Shown: piece by piece, positions 29,693 to 38,265 of the stretch
How positions within the stretch are numbered: the stretch's first letter is position 1
How the letters are laid out: each line of letters starts with the position of its first letter
NCBI GenBank assembly: GCA_020049045.1
Contig: JAIFLN010000101.1
Coordinates: 2,117-66,116, forward strand
Source: Spirochaetota bacterium
Lineage (GTDB): Bacteria; Spirochaetota; Spirochaetia; JABEVK01
Direction of reading: 5' to 3'
DNA: 64,000 nt
Notes under the pieces: model-generated
What the model was told of the DNA's origin: nothing
Seen by the model: only the letters and a program-made list of their open reading frames with translations
The model's database searches: none
Made by a program: the position numbers and the translations under genes

Positions 29693-29971
29693 TTATTCTG
29701 CTGTGGGGGCGGCAGCTTCGGCAGGCTTGTTGATCTTGTACTTCTTGTTGAAGCGCTCAACCCGACCTGCGGTATCGACCAGCTGCTGCTGACCGGTAAA
29801 GAACGGGTGCGACGCCGAAGAAATTTCCACGGTGATCAGCGGATACTCCTTGCCGTCGGTATACTTGATCTTGTCCTTGCTGGACATGGTCGACCGAGTC
29901 AGGAACAACATACCGTTCAGTCCGTCCTTGAAGACGACATAGTCATATTTAGGGTGAATATCCGCTTTCAT
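29693..29971 (-). CDS. rpmE: 50S ribosomal protein L31, type B (Cys-free)
   Basis: [35 protein letters not shown]; SD AAGGAG. Confidence 0.95.
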   Translation of the reverse strand: MKADIHPKYDYVVFKDGLNGMLFLTRSTMSSKDKIKYTDGKEYPLITVEISSASHPFFTGQQQLVDTAGRVERFNKKYKINKPAEAAAPTAE

Positions 29972-29977
29972 AAGTAT

Positions 29978-30040
29978 CTCCTTGGCCAGACCGGATTTCC
30001 CTCGGGAACCAAGTTCGCTGTGGACTCGGACTGGAGCCGC
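29978..30040 (-). ncRNA. Candidate structured rpmE 5' leader RNA
   Basis: Nested hairpins (CCGAGT/ACTTGG and TTCC/GGAA) inside a CCAG/CTGG stem that abuts the SD; -10 TATGCT at 30042-30047. Confidence 0.4.
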
Positions 30041-30082
30041 CAGCATAGCGGAAAACCAGTCCGAGCGTCAAGCTGGTTAGGC

Positions 30083-30898
30083 TTAGCGGGCCGCTTTCAG
30101 GGCCTGAAGGGCCAGACTGACAGCGGTGGGATGAAGGGTGGCGCCTGTAATGGCGTCGGTGGTTCCATCGGCCTTCAAAGGAATTTTGGCGGGGTCGCCG
30201 GCCTTGAGAATGGCATCCTGAACCCGGACTGCCTGCACGTTCCACTCACCCTGCTTGGCGACCTTAGCCATACCGTACTTGCCGGTTTCGGCTTCCACCA
30301 GCTTGGACTTCTTCTTCGAATCCTTGCTGACACCGTTCCAAAGCACATCGACAAGGGTGCCGTTGACAACGGTCACCATGACATTGTCTTTCCAGCCCGA
30401 GGCTTTGTCGAAATCAGAAGCGGCCTGGAAATACCAGCCGTCCTTGCTGAAGGGTCCTTTGGCGATGGGAGCAGAAGCAAGGGCTTTATCAATCAGTTTG
30501 AAAAAACCATCCACGTGCATTGAGGCACCAGTAATACCGTCGGCATAACCATCCTTGGTCATCTTACCGGCAACATTTTGGGTTTTGATCACCCAGGCAG
30601 CCACTGCATTGGCCTGAGCATCCCATTCCGCTTTGATTTTGGAGGCTTTGCCCATCCCGTAGCCCCCGGCAGCAGCCACCGTTTTTTTATCGGCTCCGGC
30701 GAGGTTTGACACACCATTCCAGTTCATCTCGGTGATTTTACCACCGGCGACTTTGAGCACAACCTGATCTTTCCAACCACTGGAACCAAACGCGGAATCC
30801 TGGGCAAAATACACACCATCCTTGGCCTTAACCTGGCCAAAAGTGACACCGGTCAACAAAAGGGAAAGCGCCAAGGCTACCCCGAAAATCTTGTTCAT
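30083..30898 (-). CDS. Exported protein with two FMN-binding (flavinylation) domains
   Basis: Signal peptide; two internal repeats (KDGxYF...GWKD.V...V.NG.I....WNG) ending DGITGAS and DAITGAT. Confidence 0.85.
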   Translation of the reverse strand: MNKIFGVALALSLLLTGVTFGQVKAKDGVYFAQDSAFGSSGWKDQVVLKVAGGKITEMNWNGVSNLAGADKKTVAAAGGYGMGKASKIKAEWDAQANAVAAWVIKTQNVAGKMTKDGYADGITGASMHVDGFFKLIDKALASAPIAKGPFSKDGWYFQAASDFDKASGWKDNVMVTVVNGTLVDVLWNGVSKDSKKKSKLVEAETGKYGMAKVAKQGEWNVQAVRVQDAILKAGDPAKIPLKADGTTDAITGATLHPTAVSLALQALKAAR

Positions 30899-30947
30899 GA
30901 AATCCTCCACTGGAAATTCTTTTCCTATTTTGCCATGATGGGGCATC

Positions 30948-32171
30948 ATGATCAAGATCAACGAGAATTATCAGAAACTCCAAGCCAGCTACCTCTTCAC
31001 CACCATCAGCCGGAAGGTGGAAGCGTATGCCAAGGCTCATCCCGACAAAAAGATCATCCGGCTGGGAATCGGGGATGTCACGTTACCCCTGAGTAGAACC
31101 GTTGTCGAGGCGTTTCACCGGGGGGTCGATGAAATGGCCCGCGCAGAAACCTTCAAAGGCTACGGTCCGGAACAGGGGTATGCGTTCTTGCGGGAAGCTA
31201 TTGCTGCCCATGACTTTCAGGCCCGTGGTGCCCAGATCGGTGCGCATGAGATTTTTGTGAGTGACGGTTCCAAGTGCGATACAGGAAATTTCCAAGAATT
31301 GTTTGCCCAGGACCTGCGTATCGGTATTCCTGACCCGGTATACCCGGTATATGTCGACACCAATGTGATGGCGGGACGAACGGGGTCGGCCGTCGATGGG
31401 CGTTATGAAGGTTTGACCTATCTGGAAGGAAACCACGCCAATGGTTTTGTTCCGTCACCTCCGGATTTTCCATTGGACCTGGTCTACCTGTGCTTTCCAA
31501 ACAATCCCACAGGGGCCGTTGCCACACGGGCCCAGCTGCAGGCTTGGGTGGATTGGGCTCTCAAGCACAAGGCACTGATCTTGTTTGACGCCGCGTATTC
31601 CGCCTTTGTGAGAGATCCTGCCATCCCCCTTTCGATTTTTGAGTTGGAGGGCGCCCGGAAATGCGCTGTGGAATTCCGCTCGTTCAGCAAGACGGCTGGT
31701 TTCACTGGCACGCGTTGCGCCTACACCGTCATTCCAGACAGTGTTCTAGCGTGGGATGAAGCAGGAAACAGCCACAAGCTCCTTGATCTGTGGAACCGCC
31801 GTCACAGCACCAAATTCAACGGGGTGAGCTATCCGGTTCAGGTGGCGGCCGCCTCCATCTACACGGCTGAAGGGAAAAAAGAGGTTCAGGAGCTGACGGA
31901 CTACTACATGGCCAACGCCAAACTCATCCGGGACAAAATGTCTTCGCTGGGCCTTGAGGTAACCGGCGGACAGAATGGTCCCTATGTTTGGGTCAAGGCC
32001 GGCAAGGATAGCTGGGAGACTTTCGATACCATTCTCGAGAAGGCTCAGGTGGTGGTGACCCCCGGTTCAGGCTTCGGTACCTGCGGCCAGGGTTATATCC
32101 GTATCAGCGCCTTCAACCACCGGGAAAAGGTCCTTGAGGCCTTGGCGCGTTTGGAAACCGCTCTGCGTTGA
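30948..32171 (+). CDS. dapL: LL-diaminopimelate aminotransferase
   Basis: SYLF, LGIGDVT, GYGPEQG, FVSDGSKCD, DPVYPVY, CFPNNPTG, SFSKTAGFTGTRC, KFNGVSY. Confidence 0.96.
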   Translation: MIKINENYQKLQASYLFTTISRKVEAYAKAHPDKKIIRLGIGDVTLPLSRTVVEAFHRGVDEMARAETFKGYGPEQGYAFLREAIAAHDFQARGAQIGAHEIFVSDGSKCDTGNFQELFAQDLRIGIPDPVYPVYVDTNVMAGRTGSAVDGRYEGLTYLEGNHANGFVPSPPDFPLDLVYLCFPNNPTGAVATRAQLQAWVDWALKHKALILFDAAYSAFVRDPAIPLSIFELEGARKCAVEFRSFSKTAGFTGTRCAYTVIPDSVLAWDEAGNSHKLLDLWNRRHSTKFNGVSYPVQVAAASIYTAEGKKEVQELTDYYMANAKLIRDKMSSLGLEVTGGQNGPYVWVKAGKDSWETFDTILEKAQVVVTPGSGFGTCGQGYIRISAFNHREKVLEALARLETALR

Positions 32172-32493
32172 GAGAACGGGCCACAGAGCGGGCTTCCAAA
32201 GCAAACTGGTCGGCGAGGTCTTGGAGGATCTGGGAGGAAAGGTCCTCGTCAAGGGCACGTTTCACTTCGGCCTCCAAGGCCTTGAGGCTTACTAATGCCA
32301 GGTTTTCGATCATAGGGCGGTGAGTGTGTCTCAAGCGGGCCAAGGCGGCACGGTCTTTGGTGGCAAGCACCTTGGACAGATCGGCAGCGTAAGCCTCAAG
32401 TTGTTGTTCCAGGGCAGAGACTAGTTCCCAGAATTCGGTGGTACGGCCATCGAAGAGTTGTTCATAATAGCGAAGGGAATAGGACACATCCAT
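32113..32493 (-). CDS. Small helical protein, Hpt (histidine phosphotransfer)-like
   Basis: All-alpha protein; D..ALARLRHTHRPMIENL...L resembles the Hpt aHkxKp motif. Confidence 0.5.
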   Translation of the reverse strand: MDVSYSLRYYEQLFDGRTTEFWELVSALEQQLEAYAADLSKVLATKDRAALARLRHTHRPMIENLALVSLKALEAEVKRALDEDLSSQILQDLADQFALEARSVARSLNAERFPNAPRPQGPFPGG

Positions 32494-33139
32494 GGATTCG
32501 AAGGTAGTGCACAGCAAGCTCCCCGACAAGGATTTCTTGCGTCAAAATCTCCGACAGAGGCTCAGCAACCTCCCAGTAAACCAAATTTGTGAAGAAACAA
32601 GGCTTTTGAACCAAGCCTTGATGGAGTGGACCTCAAAAAAAAGCTTCCAAGTGGTGCTCACAACGCTGCCAGCAAAAGACGAGCCCGATTTATCTGAGTT
32701 TCTAAACTGGTGGTTGAAGCAGAGTAAGCAGGTGGCCCTGGCTAGAACGGGTCCAGAAAGAAGCCTTTCGTTTCACTATGTGTCTCACTTCGAAGGACCG
32801 TGGGATACCAAGCCCTGGGGTCTGAGAGAGCCGCCGCAAACCGCACCAGTTTGGAGACCAGAGCGGGAGACGCTGTGCCTGGTGCCCGGCCTCGCATTTT
32901 CGGCAACCCCGGGTGAAGGTGCTTTCAGGCTGGGACGGGGTGGCGGGTACTACGACCGGTGGCTGGCAGAATACCGAACCCATGCGTTGGCCCTGGGGAT
33001 AGGATTCTCGGTGCAAACCGTGGAATCCCTCCCCCAGGAACCACACGACCAGCCGCTGGACGGCTGGTGGGATGGAACGACTTTTCGAGGTCTTTCTGAA
33101 CTCAGCGCTTCACCCGGCGTGTCGAAACGTCGAAGATGA
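32492..33139 (+). CDS. 5-formyltetrahydrofolate cyclo-ligase
   Basis: K..LRQ, DEPD, WGLREP, LVPGLAF, RLGRGGGYYDR, EPHD..LD. Confidence 0.92.
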   Translation: MDSKVVHSKLPDKDFLRQNLRQRLSNLPVNQICEETRLLNQALMEWTSKKSFQVVLTTLPAKDEPDLSEFLNWWLKQSKQVALARTGPERSLSFHYVSHFEGPWDTKPWGLREPPQTAPVWRPERETLCLVPGLAFSATPGEGAFRLGRGGGYYDRWLAEYRTHALALGIGFSVQTVESLPQEPHDQPLDGWWDGTTFRGLSELSASPGVSKRRR

Positions 33140-34289
33140 CCGCTAGGACCAGGACGCCGCCTCGAATGATGTACTGCAGAGACTCGTCCACACCCATCAG
33201 ATTCATTCCGTTTCGCAACGACATATACACCAATGCCCCAACCATCGATCCAGTGATTTTTCCGACACCGCCAGCCGCCGAAACCCCGCCGATGTACGCG
33301 GCGGCGATGGCATCGAGCTCGAACAAGGTGCCCGCCGTCGGTCCGGCTGACTGAAGGCGTGAGGCGAAGAGAATGCCGGCGACGGCTGACAGCAGTCCCA
33401 TGGAACCAAACACCATCAAAGTGATCTTGCTGACACTGATGCCCGAGAGTTCAGCCGCTTCAGGGTTACCGCCGACGGCATAGATATGGCGACCCAGCAC
33501 AGTCTGCCGGCTGATCCAGTCATAGATTCCCACGACGACAAGCATGATAACGACTGTCCAGCCCATACCGTTGTAGCCCGCGAGCTTCCAGGTGATAAAG
33601 GCCAAAGCCCCGGAAATAAGAACCAGTTTAAGAATGAGCATATCGGTTGGGATCACATCAAACTGATACGACTTCTTTTGCTTGCGGGCCCGCAAGTCCG
33701 AGAAAATAAACCAAATGATGGCAAGCAGCCCCAGAAGGAGCGTAACCTTGTGCAGTCCCGGCAGAAAGAGTGAGTTTTCCGGAAAGATATCGGGAATGCT
33801 GCCGTTGCCGAGGGCAACAAAGGTAGGATCGGAAATATTGATGGTTCCCGTGCCCGTCGTCGAAAGCAGAAGGAGACCCCGGTAAATCAGCCAGCCTGCC
33901 AGAGAGGCAACGAAAGACGGGATTCCAAGCTTGGCGACGGGAAGCGAGGTCAACAGACCGGCCAAGATTCCCAGCACGAGCACTGCAGGAATCACAAGCC
34001 AGATCGGCAGGTGAAGAATACTCAAACCGATGGCCGTCACAGCGCCAAGAAACCCGGCGAGGAACCCAACCGAGAGGTCGATATGCCGGATGACGATGAC
34101 AAGCGTCATACCGACGGCGAGAACGGCAATATAGCCAGTCTGATTCATCAAGTCGGCAATGTTTCTGGGCGACAGGAACAAGCCATTTGTGGCGATGGTG
34201 AATATGGTCATGATCACGAACAAGGCGATAAACATTCCGTAGTCGCGGATGTTTTTGTTCAAAGCTTTTTGCAGATCTTGAATGGTCAC
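33102..34289 (-). CDS. gguB: Multiple-monosaccharide ABC transporter permease (GguB/MmsB/XylH-like)
   Basis: YGMFIAL, HIDLSVG, GRHIYAVGGNPEAAELSGI, ELDAIAAAYIGG. Confidence 0.9.
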   Translation of the reverse strand: MTIQDLQKALNKNIRDYGMFIALFVIMTIFTIATNGLFLSPRNIADLMNQTGYIAVLAVGMTLVIVIRHIDLSVGFLAGFLGAVTAIGLSILHLPIWLVIPAVLVLGILAGLLTSLPVAKLGIPSFVASLAGWLIYRGLLLLSTTGTGTINISDPTFVALGNGSIPDIFPENSLFLPGLHKVTLLLGLLAIIWFIFSDLRARKQKKSYQFDVIPTDMLILKLVLISGALAFITWKLAGYNGMGWTVVIMLVVVGIYDWISRQTVLGRHIYAVGGNPEAAELSGISVSKITLMVFGSMGLLSAVAGILFASRLQSAGPTAGTLFELDAIAAAYIGGVSAAGGVGKITGSMVGALVYMSLRNGMNLMGVDESLQYIIRGGVLVLAVIFDVSTRRVKR

Positions 34290-34320
34290 GGGCGGGTCTC
34301 CTTACTTTGGGTGGGTTTGT

Positions 34321-35841
34321 CTACTGAGTCGCAAGGTGCATGATCTTTTCTTGGTCGGCTTCCTCGCGGGACAGCTCTCCGGCAATCTTTCCTGCTGAAA
34401 CGACATAAATCCGGTCACTCATACCAAGGACTTCGGGAAGCTCGGAGGAGATCATAATGATGCTCATGCCCAGCTCAACCAAGCGGTTCATAATGGTGTA
34501 GATCTCAAATTTGGCCCCTACGTCGATACCTCGGGAAGGTTCATCAAGGATCAGAATTTTGGGTTCGACAAACAGCCATTTGGCGATGGAGACTTTCTGC
34601 TGGTTTCCACCGGAAAGGTTGACAACGGCCTGCTCGACACTCGGCGCTTTGATGTTGAGAGCAGCCTTGAACTCGTTGGCGTGCTTGACCTCTTGGTTGG
34701 CGTCAACCACACCTCTGCGAGAGATTTTCAGAAGATTGGCCAGAGTAATGTTGGATTTGATATCCTGAATCAGGATCAGGCCATTCCCCTTGCGGTCTTC
34801 CGAGGCATAGGCCAAGCCTGCCTTGATCGCTTCCGAGGGAGACCGGAACCGGTTTTTCTGTTGATGGAAAGTCACTTCTCCCTCAATCTCATAACCATCT
34901 GGATTTCCAAAGAGGCTTTTCGCCAGCTCGGTTCTCCCTGATCCCATCAACCCGGCAATGCCGATGATTTCCCCTTTTCGGAGCTTGAAACTGACATTTT
35001 TCAGGACGGCCCGACCCAATTTGGGGCTGTAGGCACTCCAATTGTTGACTTGAAGGACCAGTTCGTCCTCAATCTTGTGGTGGCGGGGCGGGTAGATATT
35101 GTTGATTTCCCGCCCGACCATATTCTTGATCAGCAGAGTTTCGGAAACCTCTCCCTTGTGGCGGTCCAAAGTACAGATGGTGCGTCCATCCCGCAGAACG
35201 GTCACTGTATCGGCAATCTCAATGACTTCTTTCAGCCGATGCGAAATCAGAACGGAGGTGATGCCGCTTTTTTTGAGATCCTGGATCAGACTGAGCAGGT
35301 TTTCGGCGTCGTCCTCGTTGAGCGCGGCAGTCGGCTCATCCAAAATCAGCAGCTTGACATCTTTGCACAGGGCCTTGGCAATCTCAATCAGCTGCTGCTG
35401 TCCGATGCCCAGATCCTTGACCAAGGTTTCAGGATTCACATTGAGCCGGACGGTCTTGAGCATCTGTGTTGCTTTCTTAATCGTCTCGTTCCAATCCACA
35501 CTGAGGCCTTTCGTGATTTCCTGGCCCATCAGGATGTTTTCATAGACCGAGAGCTCGGGAAAAAGAGCCAGCTCCTGGTAAATTATGGCAATACCGGCGT
35601 GCTCACTGTCCGAAATACCGCGAAAGGATTGAACCTCGCCCCGGAACAGGATGTCTCCCGAATACGAGCCGTGGGGATAAACCCCGCTCAACACCTTCAT
35701 CAAGGTCGATTTTCCGGCACCGTTTTCACCGACCAAACAGTGGATCTCACCTTCAGCAACCTGGAAACTGACTTCATCCAGAGCCTTGACCCCGGGGAAG
35801 GTTTTCGAAATCGAACGCATTTCAAGGATATGGGGACTCAT
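34321..35841 (-). CDS. gguA: Multiple-monosaccharide ABC transporter ATPase (GguA/MmsA/XylG-like)
   Basis: GENGAGKSTLMKVLSGVYPHGSY, LILDEPT, LSGGNQQK; tandem NBDs. Confidence 0.92.
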   Translation of the reverse strand: MSPHILEMRSISKTFPGVKALDEVSFQVAEGEIHCLVGENGAGKSTLMKVLSGVYPHGSYSGDILFRGEVQSFRGISDSEHAGIAIIYQELALFPELSVYENILMGQEITKGLSVDWNETIKKATQMLKTVRLNVNPETLVKDLGIGQQQLIEIAKALCKDVKLLILDEPTAALNEDDAENLLSLIQDLKKSGITSVLISHRLKEVIEIADTVTVLRDGRTICTLDRHKGEVSETLLIKNMVGREINNIYPPRHHKIEDELVLQVNNWSAYSPKLGRAVLKNVSFKLRKGEIIGIAGLMGSGRTELAKSLFGNPDGYEIEGEVTFHQQKNRFRSPSEAIKAGLAYASEDRKGNGLILIQDIKSNITLANLLKISRRGVVDANQEVKHANEFKAALNIKAPSVEQAVVNLSGGNQQKVSIAKWLFVEPKILILDEPSRGIDVGAKFEIYTIMNRLVELGMSIIMISSELPEVLGMSDRIYVVSAGKIAGELSREEADQEKIMHLATQ

Positions 35842-35856
35842 GGGTTCTCCTGGAGG

Positions 35857-35895
35857 AAAAAAAGGGGAAGAAAAGGCTCGCGCGATTTCTTCCCC
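35857..35895 (-). terminator. Intra-operon terminator/stabilising hairpin after the binding-protein gene
   Basis: Minus strand GGGGAAGAAA-N12-TTTCTTCCCC-TTTTTTT. Confidence 0.75.
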
Positions 35896-35914
35896 AAATC
35901 AGAGTAAACGGATG

Positions 35915-37003
35915 TTACTGGAGGCCGGTGAAGTCAGCGGCAGGGTAGTAGCCGGAGTCAACAATGGCAGCCTTGACGTTGTCCTGGGTGACACTGACGA
36001 CTTCAGCGGGAGTCGAAGGAACTTCCACAACGCCGTTGTTGTAGGTCTTGCTGGAAGCAGGGGTCTCGCCCTTGGCGAAGGTAATCGCGGTGGCAATGGC
36101 GCTGGCAACCAGGGTCCGGGTGTCCTTGAGGACGGTCATCGACTGCTTTCCATCAATGATGTACTGGATCGAAGCCTTGTCGGCGTCCTGACCGGTAATC
36201 TTGTAGCTCTTGATGTCTTTGTCGGTGGCGAAGGTGTCCGCAATAGCGCGGGCAGTCTGGTCGTTGGGTCCGAGGATGAACACATCGCCTTTCTGGGAAG
36301 CATTGGCAGCGGTGAGGTGGGCCTCAGCCTTGCTCTTGGCGTCGGCAGGATTCCAGTTGGTGGTGATCTGGCCGATGATCGAAGCCATTTCTTCGCGGGT
36401 CAGCTGAGCCTTGTCCTTGAGCTTGATGGCTTCAGCACTGTTGGCGATGACAAAGGTTCCATCGGCAATCTTGGGCTGCAGCTGACTCCAGGCGCCGTCA
36501 AAGAAAATGAAGGCGTTGTTGTCGGAAGCGGCACCGGCGTAGAGATACAGATTGTTGCCCTGACCGGAGGCTTTGGAAACGAGGTATTCACCCCAAGCGG
36601 CACCGACGTTAAAGGAGTCAAAGGTCACATAGAAGTCAACGTTGGCGGTACCGGTGATCAGGCGGTCGTAAGCGACAACCTTGACCCCGGCCTTTTTGGC
36701 GGCGTCGGCCGAAGCAGCGGCGGAAGCCGAGTCAACGGGACAGAGAACCAGAACTTTGATGCCCTTGGTGAGCAGGGTCTCGACGTTGGACTTCTCTTTC
36801 GAGGAGTCTTTTTCGCTGAACAAAACTTCGGCAGTAATACCGGCAGTCTTCAAGGCTTCCTGAAAGCGGGTCTGGTCTTGGATCCAGCGTTCTTCGTCCT
36901 TGGTGGGGAGAACAATGCCTACCTGAATGGTAGAGTTGTTACAGCTGACAAAAGCAGCCATGAGAGCTAAAGCAGAAATCAGAACAGCAAAGGTTTTCTT
37001 CAT
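35915..37003 (-). CDS. Sugar ABC transporter substrate-binding lipoprotein (ChvE/SbpA-like)
   Basis: Lipobox FVSC; LPTKDEERWIQD, AYDRLI, DNNA, ITGQD, MTVLKDTR; strongly biased codons suggest high expression. Confidence 0.92.
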   Translation of the reverse strand: MKKTFAVLISALALMAAFVSCNNSTIQVGIVLPTKDEERWIQDQTRFQEALKTAGITAEVLFSEKDSSKEKSNVETLLTKGIKVLVLCPVDSASAAASADAAKKAGVKVVAYDRLITGTANVDFYVTFDSFNVGAAWGEYLVSKASGQGNNLYLYAGAASDNNAFIFFDGAWSQLQPKIADGTFVIANSAEAIKLKDKAQLTREEMASIIGQITTNWNPADAKSKAEAHLTAANASQKGDVFILGPNDQTARAIADTFATDKDIKSYKITGQDADKASIQYIIDGKQSMTVLKDTRTLVASAIATAITFAKGETPASSKTYNNGVVEVPSTPAEVVSVTQDNVKAAIVDSGYYPAADFTGLQ

Positions 37004-37195
37004 AGAAAATCCTCCTCTCGAACTTTACGGCGCAAAGCCGCATACCGCAAAAAAGCGATGCTAACACGATCCACCGGATTTTCAATCCTGTCATCAGGAG
37101 TTAGGGATCGACTTTCTTCACTTTGAACCTGCCAGGAGGATGACATCAGGGCCTATAGCACTCTGATCAGCACGAAAGGGAGAAAAGTCCAGATC

Positions 37196-38224
37196 TCAAG
37201 GCTTTCCAGGGATGTTCTGATAGACATCTTTGGCTGCGTGAAATCCATCTTTGATCACCGTGGCTTCCAAATTTGCGCGGGTGACCAGCAAGGGCTCCAG
37301 CCTGACGTAGGGAACAGCCGTGGAACCGTCGTCGATAGAACCGTCGGTTTCGATCGTTTCCCGGTTGGCCAGCATCACAGCAAAGCCGGCGGCCTTCAGA
37401 GCCAGACGCTCCACCGGTTTATAGATGGTAGCCAGCTGAGACCCCTCGGCGATTCGCTGGCAAGCAGCGAGATCGGCATCTTGTCCCGCCACTTTCACCA
37501 AGCCACTGCGGCCATTTTCGGAAAAAAACCGAATGGCCTCTTCAGCCAGCATATCATCACCGGCAACAATGCCCTGAATGTCCTGTATCTGCGGCAACAG
37601 AAGCTCGAGCGAAGCCCGAACTTCATTGTTATCCCAGGCTTCAGGCCAGATTTCGGAAACAATACGAATTTTCCCCGAATCAACGGAGGGCCGCAACACG
37701 CTCAGAATTCCGCTGTTGATCATAACTGCATTGTTGTCGGTCTTCGCTCCGTTGATGATTAAGTAGCCGCCTTGTTTAACCTGTCCGAGCACTGCCGAGG
37801 CCATCAAACTGCCAACTTTTTCATTGTCAAAACTGATATAGAGATCCACCCCGGCGTTCCTCACCAGCCGGTCGTAGGAGACAACAGGAATTCCTTTTGC
37901 CCGGACCTCACGAACCACCGATGAAAGCCTATCAGCATCATTGGCAACAATCACAAGGACATCGATACCCTCTTTCACCAGCTCGCGGACTTGGAACTCC
38001 TGAAAAGCAACATCTTGATTGGCAACCCGAAGAATCACTTGAGCTCCCAAATCTCTGGCTGCGTCTTGAAATGCCGCGATATCCCTCTGCCATCGTTCCA
38101 GAACCAGAGAATCTTGAGAGAACCCGATGACCGGTACATGATCCACCGATGCGGGCCCTTTGGGGCTGCAGGAAGCCCCAAGAAGACCCAAAATCAAAGC
38201 GAGTGCTCCCAATAAAAATCTCAT
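37196..38224 (-). CDS. XylF-like sugar-binding lipoprotein (alternative start GTG 38269)
   Basis: Lipobox LGASC; LERWQRD, SYDRLV, YISFDNEKVG, DNNA, GQDADLAACQRI, TIYKP. Confidence 0.88.
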   Translation of the reverse strand: MRFLLGALALILGLLGASCSPKGPASVDHVPVIGFSQDSLVLERWQRDIAAFQDAARDLGAQVILRVANQDVAFQEFQVRELVKEGIDVLVIVANDADRLSSVVREVRAKGIPVVSYDRLVRNAGVDLYISFDNEKVGSLMASAVLGQVKQGGYLIINGAKTDNNAVMINSGILSVLRPSVDSGKIRIVSEIWPEAWDNNEVRASLELLLPQIQDIQGIVAGDDMLAEEAIRFFSENGRSGLVKVAGQDADLAACQRIAEGSQLATIYKPVERLALKAAGFAVMLANRETIETDGSIDDGSTAVPYVRLEPLLVTRANLEATVIKDGFHAAKDVYQNIPGKP

Positions 38225-38265
38225 TTTGTGATTATCACTCCTCAAGGCTGATGCGGCAACAGAAT

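Noticed and set aside
32200-32490. 6S RNA upstream of the 5-formyl-THF cyclo-ligase (common synteny)
   Set aside because: The region is occupied by a plausible divergent CDS and I see no long 6S-like hairpin.
35786-36970. 394-aa plus-strand ORF
   Set aside because: Antisense shadow of the strongly codon-biased ChvE-like gene; no motifs.
37020-37070. GCGCAAAGCC resembling part of a c-di-GMP-I riboswitch
   Set aside because: Wrong strand for the downstream gene, and the rest of the aptamer is missing.
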